This document shows positions 37,151 to 49,660 of a DNA stretch of 64,000 bases, in pieces (the stretch's first letter is position 1; every line of letters begins with the position of its first letter). A program made the translations under genes and the position numbers. Under the pieces are notes generated by a model. That model worked only from the letters and a program-made list of their open reading frames with translations. It did no database searches and was not told where the DNA came from. Source of the stretch: Hemiscyllium ocellatum (Eukaryota); NCBI RefSeq assembly GCF_020745735.1, contig NC_083409.1:10157534-10221533 (forward strand). The letters are read 5' to 3'.

Positions 37151-37249
37151 TTGGACTCAGGCTGTCTCTGGGAAATGCAGTCTCCGAGTCTTGGTTGCAG
37201 AGTGGGTGGGCATAGAAGTGGAGGCAGAGGCTGGAGCGAAGTGAAGGTC

Positions 37250-37570
37250 AGTCTGAGTGTTTTGACCCAGGTTCAATTCCAGCCTCAGGCAACTGTATGT
37301 GTGGAGTTTGCATATTCTCCAAGTGTCTGTGTAGGTTTCCTCTGGGTGCTCTGGGTTTCCTTCCACAATCTAAAGTCGTGCAGCTTTTGTGAATTGGCTG
37401 TGCTAAGTTGCCCATAGTGATCAGGGATGTGTAGGTTAGGTTCATTAGTCAGGGCAAAAGTAGAGTAATGGGATAGGGGATTGGGTCTTTGGTGGGTAAC
37501 TCTTCCAAGGGTCAGTGTGGACTTGTTGGTGAAAATGGCCTGTTTCCTCACAGTAGGGATTCTATGACAG
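37250..37570 (+). mobile_element. HE1-like V-SINE, 5'-eroded
   Basis: cccaggttcaattccagcctcaggcaactgtatgtgtggagtttgcatattctcc...aaatggcctgtttcctcacagtagggattctatg. Confidence 0.85.
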
Positions 37571-38242
37571 TCCATTCCAGATTCCCACAACCTGCTGAGT
37601 GAAAACATTCTTCCCCAAATCTTGTTTGCGGTGTCCATGATGAAACCTTTCAAACCATTCACTTTGTCTCGTGTCGTTTAGCTCTTGAGCTCCTTGTTCA
37701 ATAAATGTTTTATTCTTTTTGATAAAATATGAGTTCCCTGACAGGGCCAGTTAACTTTGTCCAGTCAGGGAATCCTGGCTGACAGATAACAAGGGGAGTG
37801 TCAGAAGGACTGATACTCTGGGACCTGACTCTGAATAACAACCTGCCAACCAACCCCCTCCTTCTGTTACCCTCAATCTCCCCATGCTTACTCTTTATGT
37901 CACTTTGATCCAGCCTGTGCTGCCTTTGGGAGAGGTTGGCCTTCCCTCCATCACCCAGGAATGTGGTCATCATCCCAGAGCAGTCACACTTTTAACCTGA
38001 GGGTCATCACAGCTGGCGCAGGGGGAGAGAAGGTGGTACCTTCATGGTGGTCATACCTGTCATTAATCCACCGCAACCTCTCTTGGGGCTGCAAGAATTC
38101 AACCTCCCTCCCTCAGACAGCTCCCCTCCCTGGAAGGTAATATTGCTGCAACTTGTATTGGTTAATTAACCACTGAAATATGACTATGGGGAGCCAGCAT
38201 TTGCTGGGCAGGCAGCCACGTCTGCTCTGATCCTGGATCCAG

Positions 38243-38377
38243 TCATTCCTGAAGAAGGGCTTATGCCCGAAACGTCTATTTTCCTGTTCCTCGGATGCTG
38301 CCTGAACTGCTGCGCTTTTCCAGCAACACATTTTCAGCTCTGATCTCCAGCATCTGCAGTCCTCACTTTCTCCTCCA
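38243..38377 (+). mobile_element. Penelope-terminal mini-element with an intact minimal hammerhead core
   Basis: CTGAAGA-A-GGGC(TTAT)GCCC-GAAAC-GTC at 38249-38276, followed by the same tail as 31557-31686. Confidence 0.8.
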
Positions 38378-38744
38378 GAAAATCCCCTTGGAATTCGGCA
38401 ACACATATGAGAGCACAGTGCCCACTGCCTCTGAAATCCCTCCCTTACTGAGAATACACTCTCAGTATTCACCTTTTTCAGCTGCTATCTGAATTTGCTA
38501 TAAATTCTGTGCCCAATGATCCTGCCCTTCCAGCTACCTCATGAAGGAGCAGTACTCCGAATGCTTTTACTTTTAAATAAACCTGTTGACTATAACCTGG
38601 TGTTGTGTGATTTTTAACTTTGGCCATCTGAATGAGCTGCCATCTCAGACAGAATCAGATGAACCGTTTTTCATTCATGATTTGAGAAGATTAAAGCCTG
38701 ATCTTCAATCCCCAGCACAAAGCCCATTCCCAATCCATCGCTCG

Positions 38745-38975
38745 GAGACACATACCTCAGAGAGACACCTACAGGCAGCACAGAGTAACACACGCATTCT
38801 GAGAGACAGGCCGCACTGAGTAACATGCTCACACTCCATGCTGCCTGAAGGTGTCTCCGAATGTAGGTGCGTTACAGAGCGCTGCCTGTGAGTGGCTCTC
38901 TGAGTAACACGGCCACATTCAGAGAGACACCTACAGGCAGCATTAAGTTGAACACTCACTCCGAGAGAAACACAG
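38745..38975. repeat. Degenerate minisatellite (agagacacctacaggcagca motif) with copies in both orientations
   Basis: Direct copies at ~38759-38780 and ~38921-38941. Inverted copies at ~38839-38857 and ~38881-38901. Confidence 0.75.
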
Positions 38976-39298
38976 CCGGCAATGTCTGTGATTGGCCGAA
39001 GATTATTTCAGGGGCTGTCTGATATGCAGCAGAGATTGCACAGTTCGATCCCCTCAGCTGGGCCAGGACCAACCGAGTGAAGAGGGAATGCATCAGACTG
39101 TATTTATTGAGTCCCAAAAACTTTCAATTTCTGTTCTTTTTGGAATCTTGTAACCTACATAAATCCCTGATCAAAGGGATCATTTGAAAATGATTGATGT
39201 TTGAAATTGATTGACAGGCCAAGTAGCCAATTGTGACAACGATCTGCTGAAATGCAACCAATCAACTGAGGGGTTGGGGATGGGGTGGAGGTCAGTTA

Positions 39299-39304
39299 TT
39301 TATT
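39299..39304 (-). terminator. Candidate poly(A) signal for cluster B
   Basis: AATAAA on the minus strand in the context ggaaaagggAATAAA, paralogous to 11120-11125. Confidence 0.55.
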
Positions 39305-39793
39305 CCCTTTTCCACATTCACATTGACGGAAAAAGAAACAACTGCAATTAACAGCCCAGACAGAGGAAGCTGCTCAAATTCACAGTTACAATGGAGCTTG
39401 AGGAAAACACTTGGAGAGATTTTCTCAATAACATGAGAATCCTGTCCCTTCAAACAGTGACAAAACCTTAAATTGGAACTGACAGCTGAGCAGGAAGGAG
39501 ATCTGGCTTACTGAAGCAGAGAATTCTGAGGTTCACATTGCTTTGTGCAGCTAACATCACGAGGCAATCCTGTCCCCATCAAACACACCCAGGACAGTAT
39601 GAGTTTTGACATGGTGTAAAGTTCTCTCACCACTATCCCAATGAAATGCTTTAACATCCAAACCTCAGATGTTTCACTGAGTAATCCTGAGAAGGAAGGA
39701 AGAGAAACTCAGTGCTGACAATGACCTTTGTCCTGCCAGCTCAGCCCTGTTCTATTTAAAGTTGTGTCTCCTCTGTGGACTGTCTCGAACACT

Positions 39794-40122
39794 CTACACA
39801 CATTCTGATCTCCTGATGCTCTTGCTGAGGGAAGAGGGGAGGGTCACATGGGTGAGGGCACAGGAGAAGCGAGCGTTGGACTCCCAGGCAGACCCAGAGA
39901 GGGTCAGCAGGCTGCTGACACTGTAGGTGCTGTCCGAAGCTCGCAGGTAGTTGCTGGTCTGAACCCTGTCCGAAATGACTGCACCGTCCTTCTTCCACTG
40001 CACCTCCAGCTCATCGGGATAGAAGTGATTGGCAAGGCACATCAGGTTGGCAGTGCCCTTGGCATTGACCTGTTCCGGCGAGAGGAGCAACAGGGTCAGC
40101 TTGGGCTGAAAGTTCTCACGGC
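39794..40122 (-). CDS. IGKC: Immunoglobulin kappa (type III/NS4-like) constant exon, cluster B; open reading frame
   Basis: Acceptor tctttcAG at 40124-40123. Reads (S)RENFQPKLTLLLLSPEQVNAKGTANLMCLANHFYPDELEVQWKKDG...DSTYSVSSLLTLSG...SCALTHVTLPSSLSKSIRRSECV*. 329 bp; phase compatible with the J donor. Confidence 0.95.
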
Positions 40123-40508
40123 CTGAAAGACAAGAGAAATAATTTTAATTCCTACCACTGGAAGGGAATTCAAACCTCCCAATATTCACTGGCCATTCAA
40201 TCTTTTTGAACATTTGTAGTCAATACAGAATAAACCCAACAAACGACCAGGCATTGTTCAAATTGCTTCTTGGGATGTGAGTGTCACTGGCAGGGCCAGC
40301 ACTGATTACCCATCCCTACTTGCCCCTGAGAAGGTGATGGTGAAGCAGCAGAGAGAGAAGGGACAGTTTTGGATCATTGTTTATAAAATGAATGTGTGCA
40401 TCTGGAAGGGCTATCAATGGGAGAGCATTTTAGTGACAGTGATCAGAACTCAGTGAGCTTGAGAGTAGGGATGGAAATGAAGAACCATGGAACAAGTGTA
40501 AAAAGTGT

Positions 40509-40675
40509 AAAACAGGATGGTCTACACCAGAACCTGAGGGGCACCAGTATCCTTGGGGGGAGGTTTGCTCGTGCTCTTTTGCGGGGCTTAAACTAACTCT
40601 GCAGGGGCATGGAAACCTAGACGGTAGCTTTAGGGTGCAGGACCTGGAGTTTAGGGAGGTTAGGAACATGGCAGC
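40509..40675 (+). mobile_element. Isolated internal CR1 fragment covering the ORF1/ORF2 junction
   Basis: Closely matches 17995-18160 and has no CR1 3' tail. Confidence 0.85.
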
Positions 40676-40999
40676 ATTTATTGCCCATCCCTAATCACCC
40701 AGAGGGCAGTTTAGAGTCAACCACATTGCTGTGGGTCTGGGGTCACATGGTAAGGATGGCAGTTTCTTAACGGAAAGGACATTCGGGAATCAGATGAATT
40801 TTCCTGACAATCATGATGGTTTCATGGTCATCATTAGACTCTAAATTGCAGATTTTTTTGATTGAATTTGAATGCCACCATCTGGTGGATTCTAACCCTG
40901 GTCCCCAGAACATTACCTGGATCTCTGGATTAACAGCTCAGCAATAACACCATTAGACCATCACCTCCCTTATCTCATTTTTGGTTGACTGTGAAAGCA

Positions 41000-41510
41000 A
41001 GAAGTTTGTTTATTCTGGAACTGTATAAAACCCCAGTTAGAGCACAGTGAGAGAACTGTGTACGGTTCTGGTCACCACATTACAGGAAGGATGTGATCCC
41101 ATTAGAGATGGGGACAGAGGAGGGGTTTGTCTGGAATGGGGACTTTGAGCTTTGAGGAATGATTGGTTTGGCTGGGACTGTTTTCTTTGGAACAGAGGTG
41201 GCTGAGGGGAGATTTGATGGTCGTGTGTAAAATGATGAGGGGCCTGGACAGAGTGGGTAGGAAAGACTGATTTCCACCAGCACAGAGGGCAATAACCATG
41301 GGGAGAGATTGAAATCAGTTGGGGGCAGGATTAGAGGGGAGTTGAGGGTATTTGTTTTCACCCAGAGGCTGGTGGGATGTGGGACTCACTGTCTGAAAGG
41401 GTGGAAGAAGTAAAAACCCTCATCACATTGAAAAAATACTTGGTAGTCACTTGAAACAGCGAAACCTCCAGAGCTATGGAGCAAGTGTGGAAAGTGGGAA
41501 GGAGCTTGAT
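41000..41510 (+). mobile_element. Decayed CR1-like 3' fragment
   Basis: ctgtataaaaccccagttagagcacagtgagagaactgtgtacggttctggtcaccacattacaggaaggatgtg is the CR1 ORF2 C-terminal pattern. Confidence 0.75.
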
Positions 41511-42049
41511 ACCTCTTTAACAAACCTCCAATCACACACAAATCAGGAGAACTTTATCCGAGAACATTGGAGCAGACTCGGATCCACACAATTCGGGAAA
41601 GAGTCACATTGGGGTGTCTGTGTAGAAGGTTGTAGATTACATTTCAAACCTTGCTGCACACTGCTGGGCTGAGGCCAAGGGTGAGGCTGCAAAGAGTCTC
41701 GATGTCCTGGGGTCAGACAGGGTCACTGCTCCTAATGACCCCATGACCCCTGGAAGGTGAGAGTGGGCAGACAATGGATGAGGACCCAGATCAGGAGACT
41801 CCAACCTTAAAGAAAGACTTGCATTTGTGTAGCACCTGTCCCCAACTCAGGATGTCCCAAAGGCTCTTTCTAGCAGACTGTGCACAGTGAGATCCCAAAC
41901 ACAGTATGATAATGAGCAGCAAAATAGGTTTTTCGTGATTTTTATTGGGGAATAAATATTGATCAGGGACACCAAGGGGAACTGACTGCTCTTCATCTAA
42001 TAGTGCCATGGAATGGCATCTTTCAAAAATGAAAGACTCTCAGTTCATC

Positions 42050-42650
42050 CAAAAAATGAAGAATAGTTCGTTGAAGATGAAGTTGCAGGTAGGTAGGGGA
42101 GTGACCAAGTCATTTGGTTTGCTTTCCTTTATTGGTCAGTCCATTGAGTATTGGAGTTGGGAGCTGTTGCGGCTGTACAGGACTTCGGTTAGGCCACTTT
42201 TGGAATACTGTGTGTAATTCTGGTCTCCTTGCTACAGGAAAAATGTTGTGAATCTTAAAATGATCCAGAAAAGATTTACAAGGATGTTGCTAAGGTTGGA
42301 GGGTTTGCACAAAAGGGAGAGGCTGAACAGGCTGAAGCTGTTTTCCCTGGCTCATTGCAGGTTGATGGGTGACCGTATAGAGGTTTATAAAATCATGAGC
42401 GGCATAGATAGGGTGAATAGCGAAGATCTTTTCTCCAGAGCAGGGGAGTCCAGAACTGGAGGGCATAGGCTGACGGTGACAGGGGAAAGATTTAAAAGGG
42501 ACCTAAGGGGCAACGTTTTCATTCAGAGGGTGCTAAATGTATGAAAAGAGCTACCAGAGGAGGTGGTGAAGGCTGGGACAATTACAACATTTAAAAGGCA
42601 TGGATATGTAAATAAGAAGAGTTTAGAGGGATATGGGCATCAATCCAGCC
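42050..42650 (+). mobile_element. Decayed CR1 3' fragment
   Basis: ORFs 42008-42217 (LYRTSVRPLLEYCV) and 42248-42544 (IQKRFTRML...GDRIEVYKIM). Confidence 0.85.
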
Positions 42651-42829
42651 CTAAACATTTCAGGCTCTTCCAAAGACATTTACAGAGAGTTTTGTTTGAC
42701 AAGCTACACTGTTGCAATGTCAGGAACGTGGCAGCCAGTTTCTACACAGCAAGATCCAAGTAGAAGCACTGAGATCAAAGAGCAATAATGAAGTTGGATT
42801 AATGATAAATATTGGCCTGATCAGCTTCC

Positions 42830-43105
42830 CTCCAGTGTGGAAACAGACAGTTCAGCCTGACAAGTCCACACCAACCCTCCGAACAGCAACCCACCCAGAA
42901 ACATTCCCTACATTTACTCCTGATTATTTCAGCTAACACTATAGGCAATTTAGAATGGCCAATTCACCTGACCTGCACATCTTTGGAGTGATGTCCTGTA
43001 AACCCACACAGACACAGGTAGAATGTGCAAACACCACACAGACAGTTTCCCAACGATGGGAATTGAACCCAGATCCTTGATGCTGTGAGGTAGCAGTGCT
43101 AACCA
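42830..43105 (-). mobile_element. HE1-like V-SINE
   Basis: Reverse complement of the V-SINE (gcagtgctaaccactgagccacc...ccagtgtggaaacag). Confidence 0.85.
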
Positions 43106-43279
43106 CTGAGCCACCATGCCTGAAGGTAACCCAAAGAGAAAGTAATTTGGTTCAATTGGATGGAAAATGAGAAAACGGAAGGTGAAGAAGAAGGTAGGAT
43201 TGCTGGTTAGTGATGGGATTGATTGTTACCAGAAAATAAAAGGTCGGGACGGACATTTTAAAATCAAAGGAACCAAAGA

Positions 43280-46200
43280 AGTGCAGGGAAAATCAATAAT
43301 AGAATAAACTTAAAGAGTTTGTAACTAAATGCACAAAGCATTCCGAGTAAGGGAGACAAAAGTTATGCCATAAATCCAGGTAAATTGAGTTTCCAAGGAA
43401 ATTAAACTAGTTAAAGTGGAGGAGGGCTCAGAGGAGATTATTTAAGATTCTAGAAGATGTAAAGGGACAGAGAGTGTGGAAAGGATCAGGAGTCGAATGT
43501 AAAGCACAGCAGAAAAGAGAGCAATGATGGGAATGAGGGCAGTCAATGTAGGACTGAGGGTGTTGTACTTAAATGCACACAGTATACACAATGAGCTTGT
43601 AGTGCAGATTGAAACTGGCAGGTACGGTGTTATGGGTATCACAGAGACATGGCTGTAAGGGGATCCAGGCTGGGAACTAAATATCCAAGGATCCATGTCC
43701 CATCAAAAGGACAGGCAGGTGGGCAGAGGGGGAAGAGTTTCCTTGTTAGTGTGAAATAAAATTCAATCAATAGTAAGAAGTGATAGAGAGACAGTAGGTG
43801 TAGAATCTGTGTGGGTAGAGTTGAGGAACCACAAGAAATAAAGAATCTGATGCAAGTTATGTCCAGGTCTCCAAGCATTAATCAGGGGGTGGGGAAGGAA
43901 ATCAATCAGAAAACAGAAAAGCCTTAACAAAATGTCAGGGCAGACGTCAATGAATAGGTGGTCTGGGTAGAACGTCTCAAGGAAAGGATCTCATGGAATG
44001 TCTATGAGATGGTTTTTGGAGCAGCTTGTGGTTGAGCCATTATGGAACAGGCAGGTCTGGATTCAGTGATGTGGAATGAGGCAAACTTGACTAGTGAGTT
44101 TAAGGTGAAAATATCCCTGTGGATAAATGACCATAATATGTTAGAATTCCCCCTGTAGTTTGAGAGAGAAGCTGCAATCAGATGGAACAGTATTTCAATT
44201 GAGTAAAGGTAACTCCAAAGACATGAGGAAGGAGCTGGCCAGAGTTGGTTGTAAGGGGAGCTGAGCAGGTAGATGGGAGGGTAGCAAACAGCAGAGTTTC
44301 TGGGGTAATTCAGGAAGCAGAACAGGAATTCATCCCAAAAAAGAAGAAACATACTAAGGGGAGAACAAGGCAACCATGGCTGATGGGGGAGGTCAAGGAC
44401 AGCATAAAAGTAAAAGAAAAGGCATACAATATGGTGGAGAATAGTGGGAAGCCAGAGGATTAGGAAGTCTTTAAAAACCTGTAGAGGACAACGATAATAG
44501 CATTAAGGATGGGGAAGGTGAAATGTTGGGGTAAGCGCACCAGTTATATAAAAGAAGATTTTATGAGTGTTATCAGATATATAAAAAGGAAGAGGGAGGC
44601 AACAATAGAGATTGGATCACTGGAAAATGAGGTTGGAGAAAGAATAATATAAATAGCAAAGGAATTGAATAGATACTTTGCATCAGTCTGCACCATGGAA
44701 AACACCAGCAGTGCACCAGTACTTCAAGACTGTCGGGGGCAGGGGGAGTGTAGTGGACTTCACTAAGGAGGAGGTACTGGGGAAGCTGGAAGGTCTGAAT
44801 GCGGATAACGCACCCAGACTGGACGAACTACCCCCATGTGTTTTGAAGGAGATTGTTGAGGAGATTGTGGAGGCATTGGTGATGATCTTTCAGGAATCAA
44901 TGGAGTCAGGGTGTGGAGGTGGGGTGGGGATGGATTTGGTGGGGGCAAGGGACAGGAAAATGGCTCACATACCACCCCTGTTTAAGAATGGAGGGAGGTA
45001 GAAGATGGGACATTATAGGCCAGTTAGCCTGGACTATTGTTGGTAAGGTTTTAGACTTCAATTTAAGGATAAAATTGCAGCGGACTTGGAAGTGCAATGA
45101 GAAAATAGGACTGAGTCAACACGGCTTCATCAAGGGGAGGTCCTGCCTGGCAAATCTGTTAGAATTTTTTGAGGAGGCAATGAGCCAGTCAGCCAAAGGA
45201 GAGTCCGAGGAAGTAATCTATTTGGATTTCCAGAAGGCATTTGACATAAGATAAGTGCCCACAGTGATGGGGCAATGTACTGGCATGGACTGAGGACTGG
45301 CAGGTAGGCATAAAGCAGACCGTGAGGAACAATGGCCGCTGGTGACGAGTAGAGTTCTGCAGGTGTCAATGTTGGGACCATCACTATTCACGTTATACAT
45401 GAACAATCTGGATGAAGGAAGTGAAGACATTGTTGCTACGTTTGCAGACAACATGAGATAGGTGGAGGGACAGGTAGTGTTGAGGAAGTGGGAAGGCTGT
45501 AAAAGATCCTGGATAGGCTCGGAGAGTGGGCAAAGAAGTGGCAGATAGAATGCAATGTGTGACAGTGTGAGGGTGTGCACTTCGGTAGGAAGAAGAAATA
45601 CAAAGACTGTTTGTTAAATGAGGAAAGCCTTTGGAAATCTAAAGCACAAACCTCTTTCAGGGTTCTCTGAAGGTTAACAGGCAGGTCCAGTTTGTGCTTG
45701 GGAAAGCAAATGAAATATTAGCATTCATTTCAAAAGGGCCAGAATACAAGAGCAGAGATGTACTGCTGAGGCTGTGTAAGGCTCTAGTCAGACTGCATTT
45801 GGAATGTTGTGAACAGATTTGGGTCCCAAATTCTAAGAAACAATATGCTGGCATTGGAGGAGTTTACAAGAATGATCCTGGGGATGAAGGGCTTGTCATA
45901 TGAGGTGTGGTTGAGGACTCTGGGTCTGTACTCGCTGGAGTTGAGAAGGACGAGGAAGGATCTCATTGAAATTTACAGAATACTGATAGGCCTGGATAGA
46001 GTGGATGCAGAGAGGATGTTTCCAAAAACAGGAGAGACTCGAGAACCAAGGCACAGCCTCAGAATGAAGGGCCAACCATTTAGAGCTGAGATGAGGAGGA
46101 ATTTCTTCAGCCAGAGGTTGGCGAATCTGTGGAACACATTGTTACAGAGGGCAGTGGAGGCCAAGGCACTGAGTGTATTTAAGACAGAGATAATTAGGTT

Positions 46201-46310
46201 TGTGATTGTTAAGGGGATGGAACGTTCCTGTGGAGTAGGCAGGAGAATGGGGGTGAGTAGCATATCTGCCAAGATCAAATGGCAGAGCAGATTCAATGGG
46301 CTGAATGGCT
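43280..46310 (+). mobile_element. Long decayed CR1 LINE ORF2 (endonuclease to 3' end)
   Basis: Endonuclease remnants from ~43560. RT remnants in ORFs 44913-45254 (GRSCLANLLEFFE...YLDFQKAFD) and 45809-46312. Confidence 0.85.
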
Positions 46311-46469
46311 GATTTCTGCTCCTATTTCTTAAAGTCTTCTGGAGAGTTTCCCCAAAACCCTGGAACACTGAACCCACTGAACTGTGAGCCCTGCTGTAGC
46401 TGTTTGTCATCAGAACTTTGCCAAGAGATAACCAAAGAGTGGAGAGAATGTGCTTCCAAGTGGGAATTT

Positions 46470-49130
46470 CAGGATACTTTGCAGTTCCTGGAATGCCATG
46501 ATTACAGGAAGTGTGGTCAGTGACAGCAGTTGGAACTCTGGATTTTGGAGCTTGAGCAGCAGCTGGTGTCAGTGCGGAGCGTCCGTGAGGCTGAGAACTC
46601 CATGGAGAGCACGTTTCTAGATGTGGTCATATGCAGCTTCAGAGTATGCAGGGAGAGAGGGAATGGGGGAGCAGCAGACAGTCCAAAAGGACCAGGCAGC
46701 TAGTGCAGGAATCCCCTGAGTGCATCCCACTCTCCAACCAGGATTCAGTTCAGAATCCTGATGAGAATGATGGTTAATCTGGGGAGTGCAGCCAGAGCCA
46801 AGTCCCTGGCACCACGGGGGGCTCAGCTGTACAGGGGGGCACAAGAAGACTGGAAGAGTGAGAGGAGAGGAGATTCAAGAGTGAGGGCAATCGATAGGTG
46901 TTTCTGCAGCTGCAGATGGGAATCCAGGATGTTGTGTTGTCTCCCTGGTGACAGAGTGAAGGATGTCACTGAGCGGCTGCAGAGCACCCTGAGGGGAGAG
47001 GGGGAACAGGCAGCAGTTGTGGTCCACATCAGTCCCAGTGACAGAGGGAGGAAAGGGATGTGGTCCTCCAGTCAGAATTTAGGGAGCTTGGGAGGAAATT
47101 AGGAGCAGGAGCTAAAAGGTAGGAATCTTCAGATTCCTCCCATTATCCCATGCAAGTGAGAAGAGGAACAGGAGGGTAACGCAGGTGACTGTGGAGCTGG
47201 AGAAAAGGTCCAGGAGGGAGGGCTTTAGATTTTTGGGACATTGAGAGTGGGTCTGGGGGAGATGGCACCTGGACAGACCTGACAGTGTTGCTCCTGAACA
47301 GAGCTGGGACTGAGTTCCTTTGTGGTGATTTACTCGTGCTGTTGGAGAGGGTTTAAACTAACTTGGCAGGGCTGTGAGAGCCGGGGGGAATATCAGAGAG
47401 GAACACCAAGGTCCACAGAATTCTCAGTGCAGTCAATAAGTCACCACCCAGTGGGAAGGATGTGAAGGAATACAAATGCAAGGAATTTACAGAAACCTAC
47501 AAATATGTTAGAGTCGTTATAAATTGGGGGAAGGGGTCTTTAATTTCTGAATATAGACAGGGGTAGTAGCAATGTAAAGGGCAGAGAGGGGCCAAAGGTG
47601 TGAGACTTTGTTCAGGTGAATTTTCAGGTGGCATCGTGGCCAGTGAAAAAGGCTGTCTAAGAGTACATGGGATCTTGACCAACTGGGCCAGTGGGCTGAG
47701 GAATGGCAGATGGAGTTTAATTCAGATAAATGTGAGTGCTGTATTTTGGTAAGACACAGGAGATGGGTGAGATCCTCAACAAATATTTCAGGTCAGTATT
47801 TATTGTGGAGAATGACATGAATGCAAGGGAATTTGGAAAATATAGCGCTGCTTTCAAAAAGTCCACAATACAAATGAGGAGATGCAAAAGGTCTTTAAAC
47901 ATATAAAGGTACGTAAATCCCTAGGATCTGATCAGGTGTATCCCAGAACATTGTGGGAACTAGGGAAGAGATTGCTGGGCCCCTTGCTGAGATATGTTTA
48001 TCATCGACAACTACAGGTAAGGTGTTGGAGAACCAGAGAGGTTGGCTACTGTTGTATCATTATTTCAGAATGGCTATAAGGAAAAGCCAGGGAACTATAG
48101 ACCAGTGAGCATGATGTCAGTGCTGGGTAAGATGTTGGAGTGGATTCTGAGGGATAGGATTTCCTTCCATTTGGATAATCAATGTGGTTTTGTGCATTGG
48201 AAATTGTGTCTCCATTATTTAATTGAGGAGGTGACAAAGAAGATTGATGAAGGCAGAACAGTAGACAGTGTCTGTATGGACTTCAGTAAAGTATTTGACA
48301 AGGTTCCACATGATAGACTGGTTCGTAAGGTTAGACCACATGGGATCCAGGGGAAGCTAGCCATTTGGGTAAAAACATTAGCTTGAAAATATGAGAGAGG
48401 GAGTGGTGGTAAAGGGTTGATTTTCAGATTGGAGAGCTGTGAATAGCTGTGTGCCGCAAGGAGTGGTGCTGGGTCCACTGCTTTTGGTCATTTAAATAAA
48501 TGATTTCACTGTGAATATAGGAGTTAACATAAGTTTGTAAATGACATCAAAATTGGTGGGACAGTGGATATTGAAGAAGATTATCTCAGGGTACAGTGGG
48601 ACCTTGATCAGATGGGGCAATGGGCAGAGATGTGGCAAATGGAGTTCAGTTTAGATAAATGTGAGCTGTTGCATTCTGGAAAGGCAAACCAGGGCAGGAC
48701 TTATACAGTTAATGGGAGGGCCCTGTGGAGTGTTGCTGAACAAATTGACTGAGGGGTGAGGGGTGAGGGGTGAGGTGAGGGTGAGGGGTGAAGGTGAAGG
48801 TAAGGGTAAGCTGCATTATTCCTTAAAACTGGATCACAGGGAGACAGGGCGATGAAGAAGGTTTTGGGAACGTTTACCTTTATTGGTCACTGTGTTGAGT
48901 ATCGGAGTTGGGACATCATGTTGCAGCTGTACAGGAGATTGGTGAGGCCATTTTGGGAATAATGTGAACAATTCTGATCTTTCTGTGATAGGAAGGATGT
49001 TGTTAAACTTTTAAAAGGTGCAGAAAGAGATTTACAAAGATTTTGCTAGGAATTGAAGGGTTTGAATGATAGGGAGAGGATAAATAAACTGGTGCAATTT
49101 TTCCTGCAGCATTGGAGGCTGAGAAATTTA
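46470..49130 (+). mobile_element. Old, internally deleted CR1 LINE (ORF1 and ORF2 remnants); inverted paralog of 620-6850 lacking the younger insertion
   Basis: ORFs 46761-47102, 48042-48386 and 48564-48752 match ORFs 6290-6823, 4921-5322 and 1150-1368. Confidence 0.82.
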
Positions 49131-49209
49131 TAAAATCATGAGGGACATAGATAATGTGACTAATTGAGGAAGCATGTGAATATTTTGGATAGATGACAAA
49201 TTATATTCC

Positions 49210-49660
49210 CAAAGGTCATTCCAGGGATGAGGAACATAAGTTATGAAGTTTGATTGGAGAATTTGGGACTGTCTTCTTTGGAGAAGGCTGGAAGGAGATT
49301 TGTTCGAGGAATTCAAAATCAGGAGGGGCCTGAACAGAATAAATAGGGAGAAAATGTTCCCAATTGAGAAAGGATTGAGACCGAGAGAACACAGATTGAA
49401 AGTAATTGGTAAAAGTAACAAAAGAAGAGGAAAAACATTTTCAGCCAGTGGGTGGTTAAGGTGTGGAATGCACTGCCTGAGAGTGTGGTGGAGGCAGCTT
49501 CAACTGAAACATTTTGAAGGGAATGAGACTGTTATTTGAAAAGGAACAATGTGCAGGGTGACAGGGAGAAGGCAGGAGAATGACCCTCAGTGAATTGCGC
49601 ATTCAGAGAACCAGTACAGACAGGATGGCTGGAATGGCCTCCTTGTGCACTGTAACAATT
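49210..49660 (+). mobile_element. Decayed CR1 3' fragment
   Basis: ORF 49243-49539; paralog of 50-470. Confidence 0.8.
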
